47,582 bases of DNA from positions 57,428,239 through 57,475,820 of the forward strand of contig NC_068981.1 of NCBI RefSeq assembly GCF_001194135.2, in the 5' to 3' direction. The notes under the pieces were generated by a model. That model was not told where the DNA came from. It worked only from the letters and a program-made list of their open reading frames with translations, and did no database searches. A program made the translations under genes and the position numbers. This DNA comes from Octopus bimaculoides (taxonomy: Eukaryota). Positions 1 through 11,600 of the stretch are shown piece by piece; the stretch's first letter is position 1, and each line of letters opens with the position of its first letter.

Positions 1-117
1 AAAAAAGAAAACCCAGAAAAAGTGAAAAAATGAAGATGGGGTGAGGAGATAGAAATTTTGAAAATGCGATTTTTGAAAAAAAAATTATGGATCCTCCATA
101 ACCAAAAACCAAAAAGT

Positions 118-252
118 GAACCCGAAACCATGGTTTCGGGTTCAGTCCCACTTCGTGGCACCTTGGGCAAGTGTCTTCTACTATAGCCTCAGGCCGACCA
201 AATCCTTGTGAGTGGATTTGGTAGACAGAAACTGAAAGAAGCCCGTCGTATA
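118..252 (+). mobile_element. 5'-truncated tRNA-derived SINE (mollusc/cephalopod type)
   Basis: B-box-like ggttcagtccc followed by ccttgggcaagtgtcttctactatagcc...ggatttggtagacagaaactgaaagaagcccgtcgta and a (TA/TG)n tail; boundaries approximate. Confidence 0.7.
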
Positions 253-680
253 TATGTATGTGTGTTTGTCCCTCTGTAACTTAGCGGTTCATAAGTTAAG
301 ATGCTGCAAATCCAATGAGCAATCTTGGGCCAGCTGGTTGCCTGTCTTAATATGTGTAAAACGTGTGAAGCGTATTCCCCAGAAAAGTGCATATATGCCT
401 ACAATAAAAGGATGGGTACTTTGTATAAATTTTGGTTTAGTGAAACTATTCATTGTGTCAATCGGGAATAAATATTGTTGGGATAAGGAAAGAAATCCAT
501 TATAGATTTTCTGCTTCTCATTGTTTATTTGATCAGTTCATATTGATTACTATTGTTCCTCAAAACATGTTAGTACTTGAAACATCTTAAAGGGATCTCT
601 GTAAATTTCATCAGTCCATTTAAGAGCTGAATTAATATTTAGACTGAGCGACAATTCTTATCTTTATCCAAGATAAAGAT

Positions 681-895
681 GAGGCGGCAAACTGGCAGAA
701 GCATTACCATGGTGGGCAAAATGCTTAGCGGTATTTCATCTGTCTTTACGTTCTGAGTTCAAATTCTACCGAGGTTGACTTTACCATTCATCCTTTCAGG
801 GTCAACTTAAGTACCAGTTGTGTACTGGGGTCGATCTAATCAACTGGTCCCCTTCCCAAAAAAGTTGGGGCCTTCTGCCTAGAGTAGAAAAGAAT
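681..895 (+). mobile_element. tRNA-derived CORE-type SINE
   Basis: Head ggcggcaaactggcagaa, B-box ttctgagttcaaattc, CORE-like gaggttgactttaccattcatcctttcagggtcaa; many related copies elsewhere in the window. Confidence 0.75.
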
Positions 896-1674
896 ATTTA
901 GACTGAACATTTCTTATTGTCATCTAAATAAATTTTTAGTCCAGAAAGCCTGCTTATTTTCTTATGTCATTATTATATCAGCTAAAATGCAAAATCTTTT
1001 ATTACCAAAATTAGTCATTTCAAATTTTGATAACTGACACTGATTAGAACTTTCTGAAACACATCTCCATTCCAAAGCTTTGGATCAAACATGAACAGTC
1101 CACCCATCTTGGGGATTTCATTTTGTGTTCATGTCATCTTAGTTAACCTTTTCAAAAAAGCCTATTTAGTATATGACCATAGATTTTAATTTTTAGAAAA
1201 CAGGTTAAAATCATCACCATCATCATCATGTCTTCTTAACTATGGTTAGAATTTGCTGAAACAGATTTTCTGTGGTTGATGTCCCTTGTCTTGCCAACCT
1301 TCACTTGTTTACATGCAAGGTATTATTTTCCCCATGGTTGGACATGTTTTCACAGAAGATTGGAGGCAGATGACACCACTTGTATGACATCAATACATGT
1401 TTACAACTATTGCATAGTTAGAGCAAGAAGACACACATATATACATATATAATGGGCTTCACTTTGTTTGTATTTAATAGTTTATCAGTGTTTGCATGCA
1501 GACATTTACATACTGTAATTGTAAGCATTTTTGAAGAACATGAAATTGGTCTTGATTTGTTTTTCCATCTTAATTTGGATTCTTAGTTTGTTAGGTCCCT
1601 TACAATATAAAATATGTTACATGAATTCTAGTTTTATTTTTCCATTTGACTAACTACATTTTCATTCTTTTCAG

Positions 1675-1816
1675 ATGGCCAAAAGTGTTAAGAGTAAACA
1701 AAAGGTAAAGATACGGAATGAAAAACGGAAACGCTACTATGTTCGAGAATTAAACAATTTGAAGAAATTGGTTGAAGAACGAGAGACTCGCAGGGCTGTT
1801 GGAGATATTGTCAATT
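1675..1816 (+). CDS. LLPH: LLP homolog (LLPH/LAPS18 family), coding exon 1
   Basis: ttttcag|ATG; translates MAKSVKSKQKVKIRNEKRKRYYVRELNNLKKLVEERETRRAVGDIVN, matching the LLPH N-terminus (MAKSLRSKWKRKMRAEKRK); GT donor at 1817, phase 1. Confidence 0.92.
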
Positions 1817-2282
1817 GTAAATATGCCATTTTTATGATGATATAATGTTGATTAGTGTTATGTAGATTTGAAATTAGTTTCAAGTATTGGATGGGTATTT
1901 ATACATTCTTTTTTTTTCAAAATTTCTTTAAATCCATTTCACAAAGTTAACTAAAAGATTTCACCATGCCTTTATGGGAGTCAATGAGTACTGGGTAAAT
2001 TTCTTGATGCTGTTGTTCATCCTGAATCTGGTATGAGGTGTCTGGCAATCTGTTAAACCCTGCTGAAACTACTTCTGGTTTTGAGAAAACCTCTGAGAAT
2101 CATTACACCGGCAACTATAACACACATACACACACACTGGTTCAACTACACTCCTTTATTATTAGTCAATTGGTTAAATATCTAACTAATTGATTGTTTT
2201 TGTTTTATTTGTCAAAGTTCTTTTGTTGGTATTTGCAACCTTTTCAGTGATTTCTCTCTTTGTCTGTTACAGAGACCACATT

Positions 2283-4395
2283 TGTCATCATCATCGTTTT
2301 TTAACGTCCGCTTTCTATGCTGGCATGGGCTGGACGGTTTGACAGAAGGCTGGTGAACCAGGAGGCTGCACCAGGCTCCAAACTGATCTGGCAATGTTTC
2401 TACAGCTGGATGCCCTAACGCCAACCCCTCCAAGATAGTAGTGGGTGTTTTCTATGTGCCTCCGGCACGAGGGCCAGTCAGGCAGTACTAGCATCAGCGA
2501 CACTTGGATGGTGCTTTTTACGTGCCACTGGCATAAGAACCAGTCAGGCAGCACTGGCAACACCTATGCTTGAATGGTGTTTTTTACATGCCACTGGCAC
2601 GGGACCAGTCAAGCGGCACTGGTATCAACCACACTCGAATGGTGCTTTTTATGTGACACCGGCATGGGTGCCAATCAGGTGGTACTGTCATCGACAATGA
2701 CTTCACTTGCCTCAATAGGTCTTCGCAAGCGCAGTTTATTGCCCAATGATTGAAGGGTAGTCTTAAATGGGCTGGTTATGCTGCACTGGCATAGGCCATG
2801 GTTACGCTCTCACTTAACTTGCCAGGTCTTCTCAAGCACAGCATATCTCAAAAGGTCTTGGTCTCTTGTCATCACCTCTGTGAGGCCCAACGTTTGAAGG
2901 TTGTGTGCTTCAGCACCTCATCCCAGGTCTTCCTGGATCTGCCGCTTCCACAGGATCCCTCTACTGCTAGGGTGTGACTTTCATTACCTGATCTAACAGC
3001 TTGATACCTCTAATTATTCGTATCTAATGCATCACCCTTACCTTTGTAGCAGTTGACTATGGTGCTGCTACACTAGTCATTGGATTTGACTCCTTCATGT
3101 GTCACCTGATTGACTATACAGGTGACTAGACTATAGCCGATACTACTGGACATTTTAAGCATCTCTGCAGTGATTCCTGATGGGCCGGGGGCTTTCCCTG
3201 TCTTCATACCCTTAATTGCTTTATTTACCAAGGTACTGTCCATTCGGATGGCTGGTCCCTCTGTTGGGTCAACATTTGGCAGACTCTCTTTCTCCCATTT
3301 GTTCTCTTCATTTAGCAACCTTTCATAATGGTGTCTCAAGTCTCTCTCCTTGCAGCCTCATCAAATGCAAGTGGGCCATCATCCATGCAGACACATTTCT
3401 GTCCTATGACTTCATGATTCTCTCTCACACTCTGTCTTGCAACATGAAACACTTCAAGTCTTTGATCCTCACAACGCAGAACATTGGCAAATTTTTTCTT
3501 ATCTGCTTCGTTTCTGGCTAAGTAAACCTGTCTCCTAGCTTCTGGTGATCTGATACAGTTCCCTGCTACCACCGTTCTTCCAATGCTTCCATGCCTGTTT
3601 CTTTACCTTAATGGCCCTTTCAACTACATTGTTCCACTACCACATTATAGATGACTTTTCACCATCCACAGATCTGGTCAGTAGCCCTCGACAGGTTGTC
3701 CTGTAGAAACCTTCAGTTGTCTTCCACATCATGTGATGCTATATCTACCTCTATTTCGTCAAAAACTTTGAGTAATACGTCTCTAAATCTCTGTCCATTC
3801 GCAGGATCCTTAATCTTCCAGACCCTTCTCCATGTTGGCCGTCTTCTCTGGCATCCATTTAGCCCTGATCCTAAAGTCGCTAACTACTAATCTATGTTGT
3901 GGGGTGCATTCTTCACCTGAGAAAGTTTTGGCATTTATAAGTAGCCATCTTTCCCGTTTCCTGTGAGGATGTAATCAATTTGACTAGTGTGTCCACCTGA
4001 TCGGTAGGTGACTAAGTGGCTGGCAGGTTTCCTAAAGTTAGTATTACAAACCATAAGATCATTTGCATCACAGAACTCCAGCAGCCTGGTTCCCTCATTA
4101 TGGGAACCAAAACCATAGCCTCCATGTATGCCATGGAAGCCCCCTGTATGTTGTCCGACATGCCCATTGAAGTTGTTAGCTACAAAGAGAAGGTCCCTGT
4201 CCTTTGTCGACGAGGTAGTCTGCAAGAGAGTGTCATAAAATCGGTCTTTCTGTTCATCAGTCAGCCCCGGCTGAGGAGCATAGGCCAAGGTAATAGTTGC
4301 TAAACCATGTTGCAGCACTAATCTAATCTTAAGTATTCTATCACAAATTCTGACTACTTTGATTACCATATCAACCCATTTCAGTGTTCTCGGAT
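2283..4395 (-). mobile_element. RTE-clade non-LTR retrotransposon, 5'-truncated, internally deleted, defective
   Basis: APE endonuclease motifs (AYAPQ, NFNGHVG, SQIDYIL) in ORF 3935-4369; GKAPGPSGI and KGKGDAL...GIKLL pre-RT motifs; C-terminal GRSRKTWDEV; 3'UTR ending in (GAT)n; stops and frameshifts. Confidence 0.9.
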
Positions 4396-4489
4396 CTTTT
4401 TTAAAACGGGGGCCACATTTTTCAAACTTCGTATACTTATCTATTTTGTGTTATAGAACAGAAAAATATTTTTGTATTCGAATTTATTT

Positions 4490-4795
4490 CATGTAAAAAA
4501 TTGTCTTATTTCGATAATTTCAACCAATCACTGACAAGTATTCAGTTGTTTATATTTACTCCTTTGGCTGATTAAGCCATAGCTTCGTTTTATTTGCTTT
4601 TTTTCTTTTTCTTTTTTTTTCTTCGTTTTATTTGCTTTTTTCTTTTTAAATTTGCTGTTTTACCCTAACCCTAACCCTATCACCGATAGAATTGTTTCAG
4701 AATCATTTGTTTATGTAGTCGGCACTTAATGTATATCGGCTGAATGGACGTCAGTGATTGGTTGAAATTATAGAAATACGACAACTTTAACATGG
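4490..4795. mobile_element. MITE-like element with long imperfect inverted repeats and an internal (CCCTAA)3
   Basis: 4490-4545 is the imperfect reverse complement of 4740-4795 (core atttc-ataatttcaaccaatcactgac--ttcag); right end runs into the gap. Confidence 0.65.
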
Positions 4796-5109
4796 NNNNN
4801 NNNNNNNNNNNNNNNNNNNNNNNNNNNNNNNNNNNNNNNNNNNNNNNNNNNNNNNNNNNNNNNNNNNNNNNNNNNNNNNNNNNNNNNNNNNNNNNNNNNN
4901 NNNNNNNNNNNNNNNNNNNNNNNNNNNNNNNNNNNNNNNNNNNNNNNNNNNNNNNNNNNNNNNNNNNNNNNNNNNNNNNNNNNNNNNNNNNNNNNNNNNN
5001 NNNNNNNNNNNNNNNNNNNNNNNNNNNNNNNNNNNNNNNNNNNNNNNNNNNNNNNNNNNNNNNNNNNNNNNNNNNNNNNNNNNNNNNNNNNNNNNNNNNN
5101 NNNNNNNNN
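4796..5109. other. assembly gap
   Basis: run of N. Confidence 1.
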
Positions 5110-5355
5110 TAAAACAAGAAGCATATTTGGGCTGGAAATAGCTGGTTTAAATGCTAAAGTGTTAAATTACTGATAATTAAATACAGTATTTTTGTAAGAA
5201 CATTTTTATATTTGAAGCACTAACTTAAAAGATAAAGATTTTTTAATAAATCTCTCCAGATATTTGCCTTTGTATAAAATTTAAGGTTTTTTCTTTTAAA
5301 TCAAAATTAGCTTAATTATGCATGGGTTTAATTTTTAATCAACTTCTATTCCTAG

Positions 5356-5436
5356 GGAACAACACTCCAGATCCAGATGTTTTGACAAAGCCAGGTGGAA
5401 AACTAGAAACTGAAAACAAAAAACTAGGAAAACCTT
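5356..5436 (+). CDS. LLPH: LLP homolog, coding exon 2 (81 nt, phase 1-1)
   Basis: cttctattcctag acceptor, open frame (W)NNTPDPDVLTKPGGKLETENKKLGKP, gtatgt donor at 5437; keeps frame between exons 1 and 3. Confidence 0.75.
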
Positions 5437-5521
5437 GTATGTAACTGAGTATTTTGATTTTCATTCTGAATGCTAGTAGCTAAAGATATTTGTGTGTATG
5501 TATGTATATATATGTTATATA

Positions 5522-5571
<50 letters not shown>

Positions 5572-6064
5572 GTCAGGGTGTAATATGCACCTGTTTGCTA
5601 GAAAGAAGAGTTTAAATTCTCCAAAGCCACGCATCTCTCACTATATGTAAACATACATGGAGAATGTTGCAGATATACTGTTGTTCCATTTGTAAAACTA
5701 CAAAGAGGAGAGTAGATATCCCAGTATCAAGTGATTTCGCTTTCTGTGTCAAAGGCACTTAAAACTCATCAGCTAGGCTTACTATGTAAACTATTTTTTA
5801 AAATATATTTACCATTCTGTGTGCATCTGTTCAGCTGAAGGCCTTGCAACTTCCAAACGAACATTAGCGAGCAAGTATCAATTCAATATATTTTGCCTTT
5901 TTGGTTGTTTGCTGGCCACGTTATCATTATTTTTTTTAAAAGATAATGATAACCTATTTGAATTATACCCAGTCAATAAGAATGAAATGTCCGATTTTGA
6001 ACTGAAAGCTTATTTTACTCTATCTCAACAAAAAGCAATGCAGTTAATCAAAGTATGCACCTAA

Positions 6065-6865
6065 ATCATCAACACAATTTTGCCATTTTATCAGTAGCTT
6101 ATTTATGCTGGCAGCAAAGAATTCTAGAGAGCAAGAGGTGATGAAATCACGAAAGGCTGTTTTTGCATCTTCTTCAGATTTGAAGTTTTTTCCTTGCAAA
6201 AAGTTGTCTCATGTCTGGAAAACATGATAGTCAATTGGTGCAAGGTCTGGTGAATATGGTGGATGACAATATTTCCATGTTCAGTTTCTGTAACTTGAGT
6301 AACGTTCTTTGTGCGACATGTGGCTGAGCATTGTCTTGTAAGAGAATTGGTCTGTCTCTATTGACTAATCTTGGTTGTTTAATTGCAAGTTCACTCATCA
6401 TTTCATTCAATTGGTCGATATATACATCTGCTGTAATTGACTTACTAGGTCTCATGATGCTGTAGTGGATGACACCAGCACTGAACCACTAAACAGACAC
6501 CATTAGCTTTTTTTGGTGAATATTCTTTATTGGATTGTGTGTTTGCACTTTGTTTTTTATCCAACCACCTGCAGAACGCTTGCTGTTGTTGAAAAGAATC
6601 CATTTTTCATCATGTGTAACAATACAATGCAAAAATGGTTTGATTTTATGCCGTGACAGCAAAGAACAGCAAGTTTGAAGATGACATGTTATTTGGTACT
6701 CGTTCAGTTCATGTGGTACCCTCTTGTCCAGCTTCTTTACATTGCCAATTTGTTTCAGATGGCCCAATACAGTTGGAATCAACCTCAAACCTTGCTGCTA
6801 ACTCACGCATAGTTTGAGATGTATCCACTTCCACTACAGTTCCCAGCTCATCATTATCCACCTTG
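6065..6865 (-). mobile_element. mariner (Tc1/mariner) transposase remnant
   Basis: VTHDEKW, LLQDNAQPH, LAPIDYHVF motifs across ORFs 6489-6788 and 6231-6455; frameshifted; 5' part missing where an RTE tail begins. Confidence 0.88.
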
Positions 6866-6869
6866 GTCT

Positions 6870-7030
6870 CAGAGTGGTTGGCATTAGGAAGGGCATCCGG
6901 CTGTAGAAACATTGCCAGATCAGATTGGGGCCTGGTGCAGCTGCTGGCTCTCCAGACCTCAGTCAAACCGTCCAACCCATGCCAGCATGGAAAACGGACG
7001 TTAAATGATGATGATGATGATGTTGATGAT
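6870..7030 (+). mobile_element. RTE-family 3' tail (short copy)
   Basis: gagtggttggcattaggaagggcatccggctgtagaaac...ccaacccatgccagcatggaaaacggacgttaaa(tga)n, same tail as the element at 2283-4395. Confidence 0.85.
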
Positions 7031-7062
7031 GAAACTGCTTTAACTTATATTTCATCTTTCAG

Positions 7063-7235
7063 GTGAAGGAATGGACACTTCTGAGAAAGCACCAAAAGTT
7101 TATGGCAAAGATCTTAGAGACAAAGATGGAAACTATCCAGACTGGATGAATAATAAGCAAAAACATAAACAAAAATTAAAAAACAAAAGAATGAAAGCAA
7201 GGAGATTGAAGCAAAATAAAAAAAGAGTTAAATAG
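7063..7235 (+). CDS. LLPH: LLP homolog, coding exon 3 (terminal)
   Basis: ttcatctttcag acceptor; (C)EGMDTSEKAPKVYGKDLRDKDGNYPDWMNNKQKHKQKLKNKRMKARRLKQNKKRVK*; DGNYPDWMN plus basic tail match LLPH (HGQYPIWMNQRQ); spliced protein 131 aa. Confidence 0.93.
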
Positions 7236-8999
7236 ATAAAAAAATTTTTTTATGTAAATTAGTTTTTATTTGCTCTTTTGTGTCATCTAATTTTGTATTA
7301 TTATTCATTGCATAAATATACCAGATTATTAATAACTTCCACATGATTTAAGGGGCAAAAACAGAGAAAGAGACATGATTTTTTAACAATGTTGCTGTTA
7401 ACTTGGGTGATGTTTTAAATTATCTAAAATATCTTGAAACCAGTTTGTAAGAGAAATATATGGATTGTGAAGATGAGGTAGTCAAGTGATATTGTCTACT
7501 CTCTACTACAAACCACAAGATTGGAAAAGCAATCAATTTGAAACAAATTCCAAATTAGTAACCCAAATTATCTAAAATAATAATAATTTGGAAATGTGTA
7601 GACCATCCCAGACTATATAAAACAAAAACATTTAGTTTTGAACCAACACGGTCACTCGGCCTGCTAAAAATAGCAACCAAATCGCCCTCAAATTGCATTT
7701 ATCTTTTAAAAATGGGGATGGTATTTGAATAAGGTAGACCTAGAGTCATATTAAAAAAGATATGGTCTTTGTTGCAGCCTTTGATTTTATGCCTGCTCTA
7801 TCAAAGCTGACCTAGGGCTAAACAGCAACATATATTACTTCAGTCCTTTTTTTTTTTTACCATATTCTTGTTAGAATATACTGCCTTTATTTCAATTAAT
7901 TTTTAAGATAATGAAGAATTTAGTAAAATAACTTGGTTGTTATTAAATAAATTAAGATGAAATTTTGATGGAAGGTTTTATTTAAATAATTTTAAAGCAT
8001 GAATTTTGTATCATAGGACCAGGGGTGGTCCCAGGCAGGTTGGTATCAAAAAGGTTATATATATATTTTTTTATATAAATTTCATAATACTAGGTACAGA
8101 CATGGCTACATGATTAAGAAGGATTTGCAACAAGAGTAACCATAGAAAATTGCTTCAATGAATCTCTTCCAGTCCATGCAGGCTTGGAAAAAGCAGATAC
8201 AAAAGCAATAATAATAGTTTGCATTAACAGTACACAGCAGTCTATGATTGAAATATCATTTTTTGTTAGGTCATTATTTGTTTTATAGAGTCATATGAAA
8301 AATAAAGCTATGTAGGAAATATTTAAATAATATAATTTAATAAGGTTATTTTAATGCATTCATCTGCAGAATTTCTAAGGACACAGTATTCTGTACAAAA
8401 GGTCTATTTCTCATTCTTCATTTTTACCACCATGCTAGTTCCATTTGAATTTCTTACTGTGGACATAGCTCATAATTATCATTTAGTTATTGAAAAATAA
8501 AGTAGAAAATTTATTCATTCTCACATTTGTTAGGGTTTAATTCAAAACGTTCCAGTTTCTGTTACATATACAGAAGGTAAAAGTGTGTAGATGTACATCT
8601 TTACACTTATACAGGTAGATATATAATCATCAACATACTGATCTATTATATACATAAATATATATGCAGTTGTGTTACTATGAAGAGTGTATCCAGACAG
8701 ATTCTCTTTCAAATCAATTGTGTGACAACTTGGTTACTTTCCTAACTCAGTCTATTTGTTTGATATCTCCCTAGTTGTTTCTTTCTAGAACATTTCCTTT
8801 GCCCTTATAGCAGTTAATTATTATACCTATATGTCAATAAAAGAATCAGTGATTATATATATCAGATTTTTTTCTGTTAATGAAATCTCTCATAAGGCTT
8901 TGGTCAGCCATGGGCTGTTGTAGAAGACACTTGCCCAAAGTGGTGAGAGAGAGAGAGAGGGTGTAGTAAGAAGGTATATTGATAGGGAGAGCAGAATAT

Positions 9000-9600
9000 G
9001 GATCTTAATGTGAGTGGAGATGAACCTGAATGTAGATACTATATATCACAGTCTCCATCCCACCATCACCATTTTTACATTCATGTTTCCATGCTTCTAT
9101 GGGTTGCGTGGGGCATTTCCTGCACTGCACTTTACCATGAATCAGTAATTTGTGATCTTTTTCATGAGGTTCTTCATTCTCTTGAGATCATCTATCATTA
9201 CTTCTTCATCCTGTCTTTGTTGGTGTCCCTCATCCACATGTTCCATCCACTTGAAGTGCTTGGCACTTCTTTATACAACTACACTTCACATGCTTATAAA
9301 AGCAGACTCTTATTTCTTGCACAACAGCTGATTCCTCTTATATCGAGTTTTTCTCTCAGCTCATTTATACTCTGCCATTCAAACATACTAATATTTCACA
9401 TTCGGTAGAATAGGCTTGTCTCATTTCTTTCAGCTTCCACAAATTCTGCTCATTCAAAGTTCATGTCTTGTTACCATGCAACCTAGTACTTCATGCATAA
9501 GTTTCACACAATATGTCCTTCTCTGAGAGAAGACCCTTTAATATTAGCAAAGATTTTGCTCCTTTAGATTATTTCCATCCTGTTCTTACTCTGGCAACAA
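9000..9600 (-). mobile_element. old RTE-family fragment
   Basis: Degenerate RVRTGWK..KGL..LHG.KTW-like C-terminal region and catcaccat tail; heavily decayed, boundaries approximate. Confidence 0.5.
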
Positions 9601-10554
9601 TGCTTTTGGAACACCCACTTCACTAAGCTATTTTGGTAACAGTTTTATTTATATTTGGATATCATGGGCTCCATCAAAAATTGCCAATTTATTAGAACAC
9701 ATTACTGCAATTTTAATTTCAGTCATGCTAAGCAGTGTATTTGCTGCTCTATCATCCATTTTCAAAGAAACATTTATCACAACTGCGTAAATAAGTGCTG
9801 AGCACTCCAAGTGGAAGGAGAAAGTACAATAAGATAGGGGATACCAGTGGAAGGGGAAAGTACAATAAGATAGGGGATAAAGTGGTGAAGATTCATCTCA
9901 AGAAGGAAGTGATAAAGGGCTGTGCTGATTGTTAAAATGCAGTGATGTAGAAGACCCAACTACCAGTGAAAGCAGGGCAGAATGTAAATAAAAAGTTTGG
10001 AATATAAAATATATTTTGACATCTGGGTCTTTTGCTTATTTTGTACTTGCTAAGTCTCTACCTTGCTGTGATTTTTTTGTTTATTCAATACCCTTTCATT
10101 TCTCAGTCACTTCCCTATTCACTATAGCATCCCACTCAGAGAATAAAACACTAGATCTGCCCGTATCCAATCCCATTTTACTATTATTTGTATCTTGCAC
10201 TCTTTTTTTCTCTTCCATGACATTGCTTGGGTAATGAGGGATTACATTGGATTTGTTAATATCCTACACAACTCTTCTTTTACATCTGTACTCCCTCTCT
10301 CACTTGTATATTGACACCCAACACTCGCTTACCAGCTAACATTATACCTTCCTCTACTGCTTTCATTGACGTCCATCATACACAATCACTCTTTCTCTTA
10401 CCAGCATTTAGTACAACTTTCACCTAATATTACTTGCTCTCTCTCTCTTATCAGCATTTAGCACCTCCCTTTCATCATGACACCTGAGTAATGAGGAATT
10501 ACGTTAGATCTTTGGAATCTTTTACATCACCATCTAGCTCCATCACATGTCTTT

Positions 10555-11100
10555 TAGAGGCCCCTTGCAACTTTTTGTTTCAAGGCCCCATCGCTTCAAT
10601 CAAAATTCATATTCTATGCATCTTTTATTCATAGCTATATTTTACTTTATTCTATCCGAAGTTCAATATTTCACGTTATCCTAAAGAACATCGTTAAAAA
10701 TACAAGTTAAATTTATTTAGGTCTATTACAAATTTCAATAAGTAAAACTTCCAGATATCAATAAAAGAGCACTTTTATAATCCAGACAACCTTCAAAGAC
10801 AAACACAACACACTTTCCATTTCACAAAATCATCGATCAGTTCAGAATAATCAAGCTAAGAGCTAAGTTTGTGTTCAATAGATATCATAGACAATCCACA
10901 AAGTCTGGTACACATCTGTGGTACAATGTAATACTTTTGCAGGTACAATGTATTAATGTTCTATTTCTTGAAATTTTCAGTTAACATAGTTTAATTCTTC
11001 TTCAACATCTTAACCAAAGTAAATAGAGGATTCATCTACATACTTTGATCTTAACATGGGGCCCCCTCAAATGCAGGGGCTTAGTGATGGCCCTGCCTCC
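10555..11100 (-). mobile_element. hAT transposon remnant (C-terminal dimerisation region)
   Basis: Minus strand reads RLCGLSMISIEHKLSS*LDYSELIDDFVKWK, resembling the hAT C-terminal RL..L..LSIE...LDY..LIDDF motif; ggggcccc-rich ends. Confidence 0.6.
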
Positions 11101-11409
11101 ACCACCTCTTTTTCTCTTTTAAACAAATATACACTGGCCATCAACATCTCTCCCTCATCATGATCTGACTGATGAAAGATTACATCTTATATGATACCTC
11201 TTCCTCAGCCTTCACTCCTTCTCCTTCCTATAAACATCACTCTCTTACCTTCACCATATCTTCTATAGTGCTAGCTTCTGCTCTTTTCCCCAGGAAACTC
11301 AATATTGTCATTTATCAAACTACTAACCATTTCATGACTATCTATCACTAGCACTCTCCCATTACCTCCTGCTATTAGTCTCATTATACATGGTCATTAT
11401 TTCTTTAGT

Positions 11410-11600
11410 GGAGGCACTTAGCTTAGTGGTTAGGGACATAACAGACTTATGATTGTAGTTTTGATTCCTGGACCTGGTGACAGTGTGTTCTTGAGCAAAA
11501 CACTTCATTTCATGTTGCTCCAGTTCACTCAGCTGGCAAAAATGAGTAATCCTGTGATGGATTGGCATCCTGTCCAGGTGGAGAATTTATACACTATATG
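11410..11600 (+). mobile_element. tRNA-derived SINE
   Basis: A-box-like gcttagtggttagg, B-box-like ttgattcc, then ttgagcaaaacacttcatttcatgttgctccagttcactcagc; related to 29342-29646. Confidence 0.65.

Noticed and set aside
4680-5124. ORFs containing long X runs (also 18744-19641 and 40829-41483)
   Set aside because: Artefacts of translating N gaps; only the hAT-derived part of 18744-19586 is real homology.
8395-8470. Minus-strand mini-frame ending ...MVVKMKNEK* as a terminal exon
   Set aside because: Weak acceptor, no homology, no upstream exons.
9805-9880. Short two-copy tandem duplications (also ~12053-12116, ~17716-17765, ~37219-37270) as CRISPR-like or functional arrays
   Set aside because: Eukaryotic context, only two copies, no spacers; ordinary slippage duplications.
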